From Octopus vulgaris (lineage: Eukaryota): 64,000 nt of DNA. Every line of letters begins with the position of its first letter. The stretch's first letter is position 1. Shown here in pieces: positions 42,060-57,013 of this stretch. The notes beneath the pieces are model-generated. The model was not told the DNA's origin and did not search any database. It saw nothing but the letters and a program-made list of their open reading frames with translations. The stretch covers positions 42,842,001 through 42,906,000 of the forward strand of contig OX597814.1 of assembly GCA_951406725.2 (NCBI GenBank). The letters are read 5' to 3'. The translations under genes and the position numbers were made by a program.

Positions 42060-43145
42060 ACTAGAGGCAATATCTTCTGTTTAGCTCATGCCAGTCGAAA
42101 TACATCAAAAGAAATATCTCCTCTAATTTAGTAAAAGGATGTTCACAATAGTGCCCTGTGGAAATACTCGGGACATTTGCCTTCAAGACCTCTCAGAATA
42201 GAACTAACTAAAAGATAATATCCATCCTCACTTACAGACGATGGAAATAAGCGTGCTAAGAAATTAGGCATTAAGACACTAAGGGTAATAAAACGTAACA
42301 CCTCACCTCATCTCAAAACACTGCCCTATATATCAAGTCACATCCCTAGAAACAATGAGGCATATAACACTATTGTACAAAGTCTACCTATGCTGACTAG
42401 GGATTTAAAAAGGAACAACATTCTGAAAACACATAAATTCATCAAATACAAAAAGCAACACCATTCGCTGAAAAAGACTTCTAACAAATGCAAAGATTTA
42501 CACGTCAACTAAGTAATCAGAGTTTTAAAATATGGACGTCTAAAATGTGGAACATGCCCCAAACGGAATTCCTATTCAAAGAAGGAAAGAGGTTCACAAT
42601 TAAAACCAACTTGACTTGCATTTCTGAGAATACTATTTATGTTACAGTCTTTTCAGCTTGTGGACAAAACTATATAGGACAAACAAGTAAGACACTTAGG
42701 GCTGAGAACCACACTACATAAGGAAAAGATCCGGTTCTCAGCTTTGAGTTAACACATAGAGAGATTTGCAGGTAATATTCAACCAAACTTCACAGATTTC
42801 CCTAACTACCAGTGCAAAGAAACACCTTCTATACAAGTTTTCGTATATATATTTATGCCCTCCACGAAGAGTGACCAAATGCCTATCCCATTAATAACGA
42901 TCACCAATTACATCTCCTTAGATTTTTATACTTATTGATTGATTCATTCATAAACATCTCTACTCAAAGCATGGAATAAAACCTTCTGAAGAAAATACGA
43001 AATTACAATGATTTCAACATCATGATTAGCGAAAGCGAAACCGGTCGACAAACCCAATATTCTTTCACTTATAACGTTTCTTTAAGAATATATTAAAATT
43101 ATGTAAACTCTGTGCATTTTTATTTTTTAAATATATTTCGCGACA
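42060..43145 (+). mobile_element. Penelope-like element 3' relic (GIY-YIG) with HHR-like pLTR remnant
   Basis: FTIKTNLTCISENTIYVTVFSACGQNYIGQTSKTLR; downstream CTGAAGA…GCGAAACCGGTC at about 42986-43046. Confidence 0.85.
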
Positions 43146-43535
43146 AATTGTATGTTTATTAAGCACAACAGCCTGCAATGCATGCCGCTGGGCATTAAAA
43201 GCCAATCGCACAAAACTAGAGGGGCTCAGGGTCGACTTGAAACGATAAAAATCACTCTTTCTGCCATAGCAACCACATCTTTAGAGCCTGCGAATTTTAA
43301 CCATCGTGGGTCTCATCCGCTCCACTCATTTAGTATCCCGGCCAATCTTCAGCTCGATCCTAGCCTCGGTTTGACCGCCATTAACCGTCAAAGCAAAATG
43401 AGAATACAACTTTTGTCCAAGGACTGGTTTATAGATATCTATATATTGCATTCCTGCTCACCCCGTGGGGATAATCGAAATTCTCCTCCTCCCTTTTTGC
43501 TACAATACACAAACACGCACACACACACACACACT

Positions 43536-43598
<63 letters not shown>

Positions 43599-45399
43599 GT
43601 AAATGGAATTAATGATTCAAATACTTACAGACTAGTTGAATTCATGGTGCAGAGAATATTTCAGTTAATCAGACTCAGGGACATAATAGATAAAAACATT
43701 TATTAAGTATGCTTAGATCAGTTTCATAATCTATTGTACATCATCGACGCCGAGGCATAAGCGCTGTACACATATACATATATATATATATATATATACA
43801 TATATACACATATAGTTGTAACATAATGAATACAAGTTTTCATCAGAACATTTTAAAGGCATTAAATGTTTGACCCAATTGAATTAAGCTGGGTCTTCTC
43901 AAAATGGATCAATTTATATTTGATTTATTGTATTACCTATACTATATTACATTTAACTTTCAGAAACACCATATCTACTCACTGCATTTTCATCTACTAA
44001 CTTACTGCCTATTGCATACATATAATTTCATTTCTGCATCTCTCGTCCAGACGCGATTCTTGATGTTATCCGGCTAAATTATTGTAAACGCGTACGCGAT
44101 TATTATTTTTTTTCTGTATTTTCTATACTTTACTGACTTTATATTCGTTTAATTCCGTTCCCATAATTCTAAGACCTACTGAATTATAGGAATGTAATAG
44201 AACAAAATGTAAAAATAAATCAGATATACTAAAACGAAAAATAGTATTATATTTAATGCTTATTGAATGATGTGGTTCAGAGTTTCATTATGTTACAATA
44301 CAACTATATCCCGGTGTATATTATACAATACTTAAATGTGTGGGGGGCACTTAAGCGGCGATGATACGTGCCTCATTTCTTATGATTTGCGAGTGCGTGT
44401 GAGCGTGTGTGAGTGCTTGTGAGCGAGTGTATGTAGAGAGACAAAGAAAGAAAGATATGTTACTTGGTTATTACGAACACAATCATCCATTATTTTTAAT
44501 TAACTTTGAGCATACTGGCATTACATGCCTCGCATCAAATTGCTGTAGAATCAATGTATTTGAAATAATTTGAATATCGTTTTTATATTCCTTATTCACG
44601 AACAGAATGGATAATTTATTGATAATTAAACTAATGAATACTTCTATTCATATGGGTCTAAATTTATGAATCAAAACCATAATAAATTAAAGAATATGTA
44701 TTTATATTTAATATATATAGTGAATGCTAACAGTGTGATATCTTAAAATATTTACGAAAAATAAAACCGTTAATCACATTGATACCGTACTTAATATAAA
44801 GCCAAGAAGCTACACTTGAGGAGAAATGATCATGTTTACTATCCAGTTATGGTACTTACTTGCGGTGGAATATTGCAGCACAATGAACTTCTAAGTAGCT
44901 GACATAAGATTAGAATGTGAATAATGCAATAGAAAGGGATAGGATTTTGGCAATTTTGGCAATCACATATATTGGGTCGCATTACACTTTCTCAGGAATG
45001 CATAGACCATATCAACACAGTTACAGAATGATGCATGAAAAGTAACTGAATAATTGAATGTATGTGTAGAACGATCTACCTTTCATTGGTTTATAGTCTT
45101 GTGTATGGTGACATATACGACACTTAATTCTGTCGTATATCGATAGCTCTTTTAAAGTATTTCCCCATGTACATTCGGAAACATCGTAGTATGTTTCATT
45201 TAATATTTATGAAACATTCTTTGACTAAACCGAGAGCACACTCACGAATATAGATAAAATTTTGAGCTTTGGTGAGCAAATAAAATGCTTCAAAATATAA
45301 TTATTCTCCATTTTCTAAAAATACTGAAGAATATATTGGGTTCTTTTTTCTGCGGGACATAGCATTTCTTCTCGAATAAAATACGTATGTCTATAGGAG

Positions 45400-45678
45400 G
45401 ACTCCGTTGGTTACGACGACGAGGGTCCCAGCTGAAACGATCAACGGAACAGCTTGCTCTTGCAATTAAATTGTACCCCTAACGTAGTTATCAGGGAGAT
45501 TCAGCGTGACACAGTGTGTGACAAGGCCGGCCCTTTGAAATACAGATCCAACTCATTTTTGCCAGCTGAGTGGCATGGAGCAACATGAAATGAAGTTTCT
45601 AGCTCAAAGACACAACGCGTCACCGGGAATTGAACTCACGACCTTACAATCGTGAGCTAAATTCCCTAATTACTAAGC
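45400..45678 (-). mobile_element. tRNA-headed SINE family C
   Basis: Homologous to 11893-12195; minus-strand GAGTTCAATTCCCGG B-box. Confidence 0.8.
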
Positions 45679-46227
45679 GATTATTACACTGCTATCTGTT
45701 TGCAATGCATGTTGCATTACTGTAAGTATATCTTGTACCATGAATGACAAATTGGATTACGCATGGTTAAGTTGAATCCACTAATATGAAATACTAGATG
45801 TATTTTTATCTGAATGGAATAAACTCAGCATTTGTATTTCTTTGAAGCAGCTTGGTTATGCATTAAGAAAAGCATATTGCATTTCAAAATGTCAAATATT
45901 CTATCGCAAATTATTTTGACTAGGACAAACAAATAATTTATCATTGGAAGCTTATTTTTAAGGCCTGGAGAACGAAAACACTAGCAAAAATGTCGTTTTT
46001 TATATTAAGATTTTAAAGGAAAACAACAAGAACAGATGGTGTTTAGTACAGTATTAGCTCAATATTGCAGCGGTATATTATATACTATATAACATTAGTT
46101 TAAATATTAGTTGCAAGAGTACACTTTCGGTACACTCAAACAGCATTTTGAAATTTAACTTGATAGTATTTAATAATGCGTATGATACTGGTTGTAACAT
46201 AGGCACTTTCAATATTACTTTAGTATA

Positions 46228-46435
46228 AGGCGGCAAACTTGCAGAACTGTTAACATGTCGGACAAAATGCTTAGCCCCATTTGTTTTTGCATTCTGAGTT
46301 CAAATTCCGTCGATGTTCACATTACCTTTCATCCTTTCAGAGTCGATAAAATAAGCACCAGTTGAGCGCTGGAGCCGATGTCATCAACTTAGCCCCTTCC
46401 GACAATTATTGTCCTAGCGCATAAATTTGAAATAG
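46228..46435 (+). mobile_element. SINE family D
   Basis: AAGGCGGCAAACTTGCAGAA…TTCTGAGTTCAAATTCCG…TTTCATCCTTTC…GTCGATAAA. Confidence 0.75.
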
Positions 46436-46839
46436 GTATTACTTCCTTGTGAATATGATTATGCGCAACAATCTTTTGATTCCGTTGTGCAATATAATCC
46501 AGAGATACACTTTACACTATACACTAAATACTGTGTAAAGCATAAGCGCTATAATTTTACTTCGTTTTTACAACACCGGTGTGATGTTAAATCAAATAAT
46601 TTTCATTTGCACTTATTTAGATATATTCCTTCATTCTATTTCCCTTATGAAAATGTTTATGTCAGAATCTTACAAAACACACGAGAGAACGTTTGACATT
46701 GCCATTGTGTAAACGTTTATATAATACATTTCAGCTTGATTGTAACATTCAGATTTGGAATGACAATAAGTTCTCATTTGTTGAAAGTTTTATGGAATTA
46801 TCAGACAATTTGGTATCGGGACAAATATTTTTTCATATT

Positions 46840-47064
46840 TTCGATAAAATGAAAAATGAAGAAATAGTTAAGGCATGCGCATCATTTCGTAACCAGATTG
46901 AACTGGTAAAGAAAGCACATGGTGTTCACAGAGAACTGAAACAAAGATTAAACACTCCACTATAAATCGGCATCAGCATAAAATTCGTAACATTTGATTC
47001 TTCCAAGTTATGCTAATTATAATAAAAATATTTAAATGGTCCCAATTTACATGTTTCATCCTGT
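46840..47064 (+). mobile_element. Tc1/mariner-superfamily 3' end relic
   Basis: EIVKACASFRNQIELVKKAHG resembles a Tc1-like C-terminus; ends in …CATCCTG|TA. Confidence 0.5.
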
Positions 47065-47119
47065 ATATGTATATGAATTTATACGCATGAATGCCTTAAA
47101 CTGATTTTTTTAATAAAAA

Positions 47120-47430
47120 GCGACATCGCGGAACTCCAAAACGCAGATTCAAAGACCAACTGAAGTTTTCTCTCCTTCAAACTGGCATCAGCCTTAACAA
47201 CCAAGAAACAGAAGGCCCCGGCCATTCAACGAAACGAGAAATGTGAAAAAGAAACAAAAAAAAGCAACGCAGGGCGCAGCAAATCCAAGAACGCCACTAG
47301 TCTTGCCATGCGATCAATGCCCGAGATTGTTACACTCCTGACCTGATTGTGAGAGCCATGTAAGACTTAAGCTTCATGGAGGCACCTGATGAACCGAACT
47401 TGGACATGAACAGCGCTGATGACTACGAAA
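47120..47430 (+). mobile_element. RTE-like LINE 3' end
   Basis: RHRGTPKRRFKDQLK…; terminal CDQC…H C2H2-like relic. Confidence 0.65.
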
Positions 47431-47509
<79 letters not shown>

Positions 47510-47511
<2 letters not shown>

Positions 47512-47719
47512 ATCGCCCAGAACGAAGAACAAACACAAGAAAAAAACAACAACGCGAGGACGTGGTACATGGAAAGTATTAGCAGGCGCTCAAGAATAGA
47601 AAAAAGGTGGTTTTATGTTTCGCGAAAAACTCTTCTTCAGAAACAAGAGACAGACGAAAGTCCAGGAGAAAAGGAAGACGGATGAAAAAAATAGCCAACC
47701 ATTCACATGTGGTTACATT

Positions 47720-47722
<3 letters not shown>
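47510..47722 (-). mobile_element. Short (TA)n-embedded repeat family B
   Basis: Homologous to 22325-22523; minus strand CTGAAGA-AGAG…CGC-GAAAC. Confidence 0.7.
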
Positions 47723-47772
<50 letters not shown>

Positions 47773-49499
47773 CATCTTGAACATTATGCTGACTGAATAT
47801 TTTAATACGCTGTAAAAAGGCTACTAAAGTAGTGCCAATGGCATTTAGTTATAGAAATATACAATAGATGGACAAGCAGAGAATTGGGGAAGAAGAGAAT
47901 TACTGCATACATTAAGCTACAATTGGTGAAGTTCTTACAGGTGTTTGGTAAGGCCTCATGGCCACCTAGTAATGGCGTGTTTTAGGAGACTGGTCTTCGC
48001 CCACGAAAGGAAACTGCCTGATACTACTGATCAATATAAGAGGCTCTTCAGAAAGCATTGCACGCAGCCGTGTTAGATATTGTTTACAGCTGCTGCATTT
48101 CATCAACAATCATCAGTACGCTATTTCCCTCAGATGATCAGTTTGGAATGCATATGATTTAAGAAAAGAAATCAGGATAGACATTGCAGCTGATAAATTC
48201 TTAGACTATTTGCGACTGAGACGAGAAAGCAAATGTCGGCTTACTTCATCCGAATGTTAACGTAGCGTGCCTTGCCCAACTAAAGGGTATGATATGGGTT
48301 AAATAACGAAGCACGTTAAAAATACTTGGTATCATACATTTTCAAACACACACACACAGAAATTCACACTAAAACATAAATCTACGCACACCAGCATTCG
48401 AAATATAGGGAAAGAAAATAAGTCCATTTAATCATATCATGTGTAATTCAACTGGGAAAACGGGTAGAATCCTACAACCCAGCAAGGAAACTGTATCAGC
48501 AGGAACATATTAAAACGCCTCTCTATTTATACTTATCTCGCATTCCATCCATTCCTCCACACACACACACACACAGACTGTTAACCAGCGAGAATTGCTT
48601 GTATTCTAAGCTTTATACATACAAGTGTGCAATTATTTGAACTTGTTTTTCCTTTGACAACCTAGTGGTAGTGGCTTGTGCAATTCAGCAAGATTGCCAA
48701 AGACACTTGTATGGATTAAGTTGCTGCCGAGATTATTGTTTGCCGAGCAGTACCAGATCTTTGTATTAATATTGGCACGAGGTAGAGTGTAAATCTTAAG
48801 AATTTTCCAGCATCTCCGATGATCAGAAACTGAAAAAATGCAAAGTACTGTAATGGAGGTGGTTCACCCAGAGAGTAGTGAGATCTGTCTCATAAAAATG
48901 TTATGTTATGTTGACACAAGTTATGATTATTTAGCAGCACAAATTTCCGTCTACGATTTTACGGTTGTTTTTCCCCATTGTTTCAACTCTAAGCAATACC
49001 AAGATTAGACTAGGCGATAGAATAGGTTCACCAAAACTATACGGATCAGTTGGTCTCCTGTATATCTAAATTTGTTTTTATTATTTGCATAATTCATTTT
49101 TATAACTGTATTTTGGATCCAACGACTGTGCATTCCAAAATCCCAATACAGATACTAAACCAGTAGAATCACAAAGTTATTTAAATTTTCAAAACTTTGA
49201 AACATCAAAAAGTTCAAAATACTTTTTAAGGAAGGCTAAATGTTATGATTGAGCCATTGTCATATTGCCATTCGTTTTTTTTTTATTTTTATATTCGAAA
49301 AAAAAATTACGTAATAACCATGTGCCCAGTCATATATATTTTTATGTCTGTTAGTTATGATACAAGATTTGTAGTGCTTACAATAAGAATAAGATATAGA
49401 GTGTGCTATGATATACAGTGTGCTAGAATGCTTAATGCGAAGTTATCATCTCTCTTCAGATTTTCTACACTGTACAATATTTACTCACGCGCGCGCGTA

Positions 49500-49535
<36 letters not shown>

Positions 49536-50784
49536 ATACATTTTATTTTATTCGAATTTCCATTGAATGGAAGACTACCTACTATAAAGACTTTTGAATA
49601 TATATTACTGTTATTAATATGTAAATTGATCACATTCAAATTATCTTTCTAATTTCAGAACATAAAGTATCGATGATAAATTATAGGAAAATATTGTTCT
49701 TTGAAAATACATTTAGATCAATTTAACTGAGTTCCATACTGAAACAATAATTTGCTAAACTGTTGAACAGGAAAATATAATATACGAAGTGTTCAAATAT
49801 TTATTTAGACAAAGTTAAAAATGCTATGCGCAAAATGTCATTATGAAGTAGTTGTACGATATCAGCAGTGGAACAGAACAAAAATGTTTAGTAATTTAAC
49901 ACATTATTTTTTGAAAGTAAACTACATAGTAAAATGTTTTGAATAAAATCAAATTACCTTAAAAGTTGTCATTTCTTTCTGTTTTCATGAACATTTTGAA
50001 GCACATCATTTGTCATGAAGCTGAAACAGTTGAAGCTGATATTATTTACAAATATTCAGTTTTGACAGAGTGATTGCAATAATCATCTTGGACAAAAAAT
50101 GTTATTGAAGTAATACTCTTCCTGTCTTATTTTCTCCCTTTCCCTCTTTCCCTCATCTTTCTTTCTCTCTCTCTCTCTCTATATGTATATATAATTATAT
50201 ACCTATATATGTGTGTGTGTGTATGGATATACATAAAAACATACTTTGCTTCAGTTCTTTAGTTTCATTTGTTTCCCGAACATTTATGAAAAAATTTGGA
50301 AGCAAACGAGCTGCTTTTGCAAACATTGTTCTGAAATGAATAAGTAAAGATTTTAAATAAAATAGGATATTAAAAATGTGGGGAATTAAATTAGAACACA
50401 ATATACAAAACATTTTACACGAAGCAGTAGCAGGAAAAACAATATGATGTTATTTTTCGAAATGTTTCTTTAAAAAGTTGACTTTCGCATAGATCGATAA
50501 TGTATTCAATTAGTCTCCATTACAAATGCCCATCAATGTTTCAATTACAGAAAGCAAACCCATACTATATCCCCGAATTAATTTCATGCCTAAGAAAATA
50601 TTTGCAATAATACCTACTCAATTGTAATGGAAAGCAACTGTTTATATAACGTATACTCGTTACATATCCCACATCTAAGTACCAGTTGTGCACTAGGGTC
50701 GATTTATTCGACTTAGTCTGTTCCGCGGGAGTGCTGACACTCTGCCAAAAATTGAAGCTAATATTATTATACTACATTTAATAT

Positions 50785-50915
50785 GGCGAGTCGGAAGAAT
50801 CGTTAGCACGCTGAGCATAATGCTTTGCAGCATTTCGTCCGCCTTGACTTTTGCGATTCAGTGAAATCGACTTTCCGTTTCGTTCCCTTTGGGATCGATA
50901 AAATAAGCACTATTT
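50785..50915 (+). mobile_element. SINE family D fragment
   Basis: GAATCGTTAGCACGC…GCATTTCGTCCG…TCGACTTT…GATAAAATAAG. Confidence 0.7.
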
Positions 50916-50934
50916 GAGAACTCAATGCCGTAGC

Positions 50935-51895
50935 AACTGCCCTCGCACCATATCACCATCTTGCCCGGTGCGGGGTGTCCTCATTTTCAAACCAATCATT
51001 TCAACTTCCCCCCCCTGCCCCTCCACCTTTTCCTCGGTCTACCTCGCTTTCGCGCTCTATTTACCTCAAACGCAATCCTCCTCCTCAGAACATGCTTTTC
51101 ATCCTTCCCCATCACATGACCAAACCATATCATTTCATTTGCTCTTACACCCATTCCACCGATTCTTCCAACACCAGTATTCCCAGCAAATACTCATTCT
51201 TCTCTCATGAAACAGCTTCACCCCATACATTTCTCTCAGTGTTGTCATATTAGTCCTTCTGAAAATGATCATCTCTCTCCCTAAGACAATGTGTCTCACT
51301 CCCATTCAGCATTGCAGCTCCCACACATCCCATATAGACCCTTCCTTTCATCTTTAATGAGAACCTATTTCCATATGACAATGCTCCACATTCCCTGAAC
51401 TTCACCCAGCCAATCACGCTCTTGCTGTAACAGCTGCTTCGCATCCACTACTGTCTCCTAAATAACAAAACCCTAAAACCGTTTTCACGTCGTCACATAG
51501 CGTTTCCACTGGTTCTGCCATACCTCAAGCTCCTTTCTCACATTCTCCACATAAAAATCTCTCGCCAGTCTTGGTGTACCTTCTTCATTTTCGTACATGT
51601 ATCATGAATCCATTTCTCACATCTCGTACAAAACACCACATTTACCATTACTCTCCTCCCACATATACTACATGGATCCACCTTACTCAATGATGCTTCA
51701 CCTTCCATCCCGATCACCATCACCTTTGTCTTCCCAGGTTTATCTTCAAAACCTTGAATTTCAAACGCCTCCTTCCATTTACAAAACTTCTCCCTCAGTC
51801 CCTCCATCGTCTCACTCATCAGAATAAGGTCATCAGCATACAGTATCGCCATTATCAAGCCTCCTCTTGCACTTTCCGTCACCACATTAACCAAT
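50935..51895 (-). mobile_element. RTE-clade LINE fragment (RT C-terminal half with a Cys/His finger)
   Basis: ILYADDLIL, GKTKVMV, CSICG…CTRCEKWIHDTC, FCYLGD, KGRVY…MLNGSET. Confidence 0.88.
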
Positions 51896-52345
51896 GTGGC
51901 AGAGTTTCCATGTTTTTGTTTTTATGTTTTCGTTTCTCATTGTGTTCAACGTTCTTTTTATGTCATGTACCCATATAAGCATGTAAATATGCATATAGAT
52001 GTAGGTATGTACATATATGTATGTATATATGCATATATTTATATATTATTTATATTATATGATCGAACGCCACGCATTCTTTTGCAAGTAAGTTATATAT
52101 ATATATATATATATAATGTAAAAGTTCATAGTTCTTCAGTTAAGAACCACGGTCATTTACATTTGTGAATGTTAATGTCGAAACCTAGGTATGGACCTTA
52201 TTGCCAAATGTTGCATATTTTCATATGTCTTGCTCTTTTTACATTCTGGCGTTCGCTGAAAATTCTTGAGAACACGTTCTTCGTGACAAGACGATTTGGC
52301 GTCTCCTTCCAGCATATTAGGAATTCACCTCGGTGGTTATGCCTC

Positions 52346-52387
<42 letters not shown>

Positions 52388-53292
52388 ATGTGTGTGTGTG
52401 TGTGTGTATGTGTGTGTGTGTGTGTGTGTGCGCGCTTGCGTGTATATGTCATCGTATGAATGTAATTGTATATGCATATGAGGGAAGAAGGCGAACCGAA
52501 ACCATGAAGCTCTTTGAAGACAATCACACTAAACTTTCTTTTGGGACCACATTTTTCGCTTTATAATAGTTTATATACAAGTCTAACTATTACATATTTA
52601 CAGTTCAAAGTAAGACCGCTTATATTCATTACAAGTGTTCCAAAACTTTTTCAATACATATTCCCTTTAGATGTGTTCCTTTACAGATTTGATGCCCGTT
52701 CCTCCCTTCTCCATAGACAGTCATGCTTACAATAGAAAAGGAATAGGGAGAAATTATTCCCTTGAGCCAAGATAAAGGAGAATGAGCTATATGATGCTAA
52801 TTACCGTTATAAATCTTCATCTATTTGCTGTCGTTCATAATTATAGTGTAAATATGATTTATTATACACAAATTCAGATAATTTTATTATGGACATCTTA
52901 CAAACAAATCGAATGTATGCAAATTCTCCAAAACCTGCATTCCCATCCTGTGTGAATTTCTTATGAAAAATACTGATATATGTCAAATGCATAGCTCTGA
53001 CTGTTTCTGTTGAGTTTATATTCAAATGTAATTCAATTTAGTAAAACCGATTTCCTCGAAATTAATTAATTGTATACCAACACTAGATTATCAATAAATA
53101 CCCTGTCGTGACTATTTCTCTTACTCAAAATATGAGCCCTATCATTTCAAAGCATTTTATTGGCATCTTGTATAAGAATTACCCCATTTAATTTTGTCAA
53201 TTGTAAAGGTTATAATGAGCAACGATTTTGTTATACCATACTACTACATTGATGGATTCTATTTCGTACTCGAGTATCGGTACGTGTTACTT

Positions 53293-53343
<51 letters not shown>

Positions 53344-53346
<3 letters not shown>

Positions 53347-54070
53347 GGTGATTAGAAAGTAACTGCCTATTTTAAAATGCTTATAATTAATTTATTAACT
53401 ATAATATTTTCTCAAATTTGTTGTGTATGTTGTTTAATGTATGTGAATTGATTCCATGTTGTATTTTTTCAGATCGATTATTTTGTTTGAAATTTAGAAG
53501 CCCTACAAACATGGCTGGATGTTTTACTGTGCAGGAGCGTGCCCTGCTAGCTGCATATTACGAAGTTTGGAGATTAGTTGTTCAAGTGCAAAGATGGTGG
53601 AGGACCATTAGAGGAAGACATGCTCAAGTTGATGCAAAGATAATCAAGAATTGCCATGCAGAATTCATGACTACAGTATTTGTAACTGATGCTTGAAGTG
53701 GTCGTCCTTCCAATTCATCAAGGTCCACATGACTTTCTGACCAGAAGCCCTGATTTAATAAGCTGCGACTATTTTCTTTGGGGTTGGTTAAAGAAGGAAG
53801 TCTTCTCTACCAAACCAATGACTTTGGAAGAACTTGAAGGGTGAATACGAGAAGATATGTCTTTCATTCCACAAGACATCCTGATGAAATCAGTTGATGT
53901 GGTTCCCAGACAGCTTCAGAAGCTGGTGGTGAATGTTGATGCCTATATCAAATTTTAAATATAATTCCATGCTATACACTTTCTTTACATATTCGTTTTT
54001 TTCTAAAAATGATAGTTAATAAATAAATTATAAGTATTTTAAAATAGGGAGTTACTTGTCAATGACCCTG
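53344..54070 (+). mobile_element. Internally deleted Tc1/mariner-superfamily element
   Basis: TIRs of about 60 bp (CAGGGT…), TA flanks; N-terminal HTH-like relic and RSPDLISCDYFLWGWLK. Confidence 0.9.
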
Positions 54071-54110
<40 letters not shown>

Positions 54111-54111
54111 C

Positions 54112-54182
<71 letters not shown>

Positions 54183-54329
54183 GTGTGTATGTAAAAATTT
54201 GTATGTTTTATGTATGTATTCTCATGTATGCAGTTGCATATCAGATATGCTCATATATATTTAAATGAGAAACTGGTAAGTTTTACAGATTTTTACAATT
54301 TTGAGTTTTGAGATCTAAATTTTCTTTAT

Positions 54330-56700
54330 TCGGCTTTAATATTCTTTAGTAACACATGTTTTGTTACAGGTACGATTGTAAGTTATATTTTCATCCACCA
54401 CTAGATGCCTGTAACATTCCTCATCAGGTACAGGGCAAAAAGTCAAATCAATAATGGAGATGTTACTAGTCTGGTTTAGAGCTTTTTTCCCTTTTCACAA
54501 CAATAAAACAATATTTATCTAGACCAAACTCCAATCATTCATCTGTTAAGAATGTTGTAACTAGGTCAATGCTCTTTTTCAACTCAGCATATTCATTGCA
54601 TAAAGTTTTAAGTCATCCACAAAGAAATAGTGTGTAACTTTGGTATTTCTGTTTCTTTTTGAACCAGTAAGATATCCTTCAGACTTCCTTAACATGAATG
54701 ACAAGCGGCTTACGGGAAGTATAAACAACATCACAGAGAGGCTGTCTACTTGGAATATGCGTTTGCGATGTTGTATTCTATCAGTGATAATACAGTTACT
54801 ATTTGTGTTTAATTTCAAGATGGTGGCCCACGATGAAATCAGGTTAGCGATGGCTTTGATTATTCGCAATGGAACATTGGCATGCTGAAGGGTGTCTAGC
54901 ATCCATGAGGGGAGAACAGAGTCAAAGGCATTCTTGTAGTCTAGCCACATTGAATAAAGGTTCCTCCTATGCTTTCACACCTCTGACATCACAATTTTGT
55001 TGATTAACAATTGCTCGGTACATCCCCAGACTCCCTTCTTCCCAGCTGCTTGTTCTGCTGTGATAATGTTATTGGTTTCATAATGGCCCTGTAGGAAGAG
55101 GTTTAAACATGCTATATATACATATTTACACATTAAGTTCTGGCATGCAACTGGCCGGTATTTTTTTGTCATGTGGGTGGTTTTGCGTTTGGGGACCAAT
55201 GTTGTCTCTGCCAGAGCTGATCAGTGTGGTATACTACTATTCCAAGAAAAAGTTTACTGGTACAGATTGATAAAATATGGCAGGTGGAATGTTAGATTAT
55301 TGAATCAGTATCCAATAATCAAGTCTCCTCCATGTGTTTTTCCATCTTGGAGTTTCTGGATCACAGTTCCAAGAGTTTCACCATCAATGTTCTATATCTT
55401 GGATGCAATGCAGGAGCAATAACTGTTTTCGGATTTCTTCCAGTCAAAGATCATTTTCGTTAAATTCCTTCTCTTCACTCCAGATTTTCCTTCAGAAGGT
55501 GACTGTATCTTCTCGTGAAGAAGCTTCCGTAATGTTTACTGATTCTCCTCTCATGTCTCTGTATATTGCTGCCTGGTTGCCTTATTTTTATTTTGTTTAT
55601 TTTCAGAGTTTTTCACTGACAGCATTTAGCTCCTACTTGAGGGTAATCAGTTTGCAGGTGAGTGTCCTCTTTTTGCTGTCTCCAAACATCATTTCTATCC
55701 CCTTCTTTACTTTTTGTTGGCTGGTCGTATAGTGATTTGCTTGTTTGCATGTAATAAGTATCATTACCTCACTGATGATCTTCCATAGACCAGTTATCTT
55801 TTTCTCTATCTTCAAAACCCATGATGGCATTTTCTTTATTATTTCTGTTTTGTTTACTTTCTCAATATCATGTATGTAGCTTTACAGTAGTAGCCAGAGC
55901 ACATATACAGGCGTTAATCTGTCAGTATAGGGGTTCATCACACTGTTGTAAATACTCTTCACCAATTACGTTAATAACTTTTAATTACGTATCTGGTGGT
56001 TTTTTACTTACTTTGGTAGAAAACACTCTCTCCTCGAAAGAGTCCTTCAAAAGCAAAATCATTTTTCCTCGGAAAATTTCAGTAAGGGCACATTTCAGTG
56101 GCATATAATCCTGACTACTACTAGTAGTACAATAATCATTGTGGTTGTGCTGCTATTTACCATAATCGTAGTAGGGGCACAGTGGTCAGTTACTTGATCC
56201 AGTAATGTAGTTAGGCTGGCAGGCACAATAGAATCTGTTGGAAAGTCGCTAACTACGAAACTACGTAGTGGTCTTATGTCTTTCACATTTTCGTTTTTGT
56301 TTATAGAGTTGGTAAGATCTTTAAGTTTCGATTTCTTAATAAAGTTGCAGTTACTAACCTTCTTTCAATGTTCTACAAATGTTGCTTCTTGGCGTAGTTG
56401 CTTCGCAGTGAAACGATTTAATTCTGGATACAGATCATCCCAATGTTATTTCAGCTGTTTCATATAGCCAACAACGTGGTTTTGTTTCGCTTTTTCGTAG
56501 CAGTTAAATAGATCATTATTCATTTCATAACTCAAGAAAAATGGGTTTTGTATTTCCGGTTTTTTCTATAAATACAGCTAGAAAGATTTTGCTTATCTGT
56601 TGAGCTGTTGTTTTAATTCTTTTCCTCGATTGTGTTGCTGTCGATGTTATGCTCCTCCATCTTGTTTTGTAGTAACTCTCTGCAAGCTAAATTCAAGTTT
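54330..56700 (-). mobile_element. R4-like LINE: N-terminal region plus RT domain, disrupted
   Basis: YRPVACQN, EQAAGKKGVWGCTEQLLI, WLDYKNAFDSV, IFQVDSLS, HYFFVDDLKLYA, EFGLDK. Confidence 0.9.
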
Positions 56701-56895
56701 CAGTCAAAGATCCCTACGATTTTGAATAGAAAGGCTCCCTCAATTAATTCACCTGACGATTAACCAGTTATTTGACAAGGATGATAGTTGTGGCTCCAAA
56801 GTTGGAGATAATATTCATCGTATTTTGGATAAATAGTCTCCCATGCCAAATACGCGACTTGTCGCTTTGAATGTCTGTACGTATGCATTTTTATA

Positions 56896-57013
56896 CGAGG
56901 GGTGCTGATAATTTCCTGTATTTAGGTAAAAGAAAATAGAGGACGGTGAGTTAATTATGATATCATTCCAGATATTCCAGTCTGGGAATCACACACTTAT
57001 TGCAGCGAACCTT
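56896..57013. mobile_element. Mariner-type terminal fragment
   Basis: TA-CGAGGGGTG terminus resembling the 62194 MITE end. Confidence 0.45.

Noticed and set aside
43152-43706. 184-aa ORF or Helentron-like element
   Set aside because: The ORF runs through (CA)/(TA) repeats; the sequence is repeat-like, but termini could not be defined.
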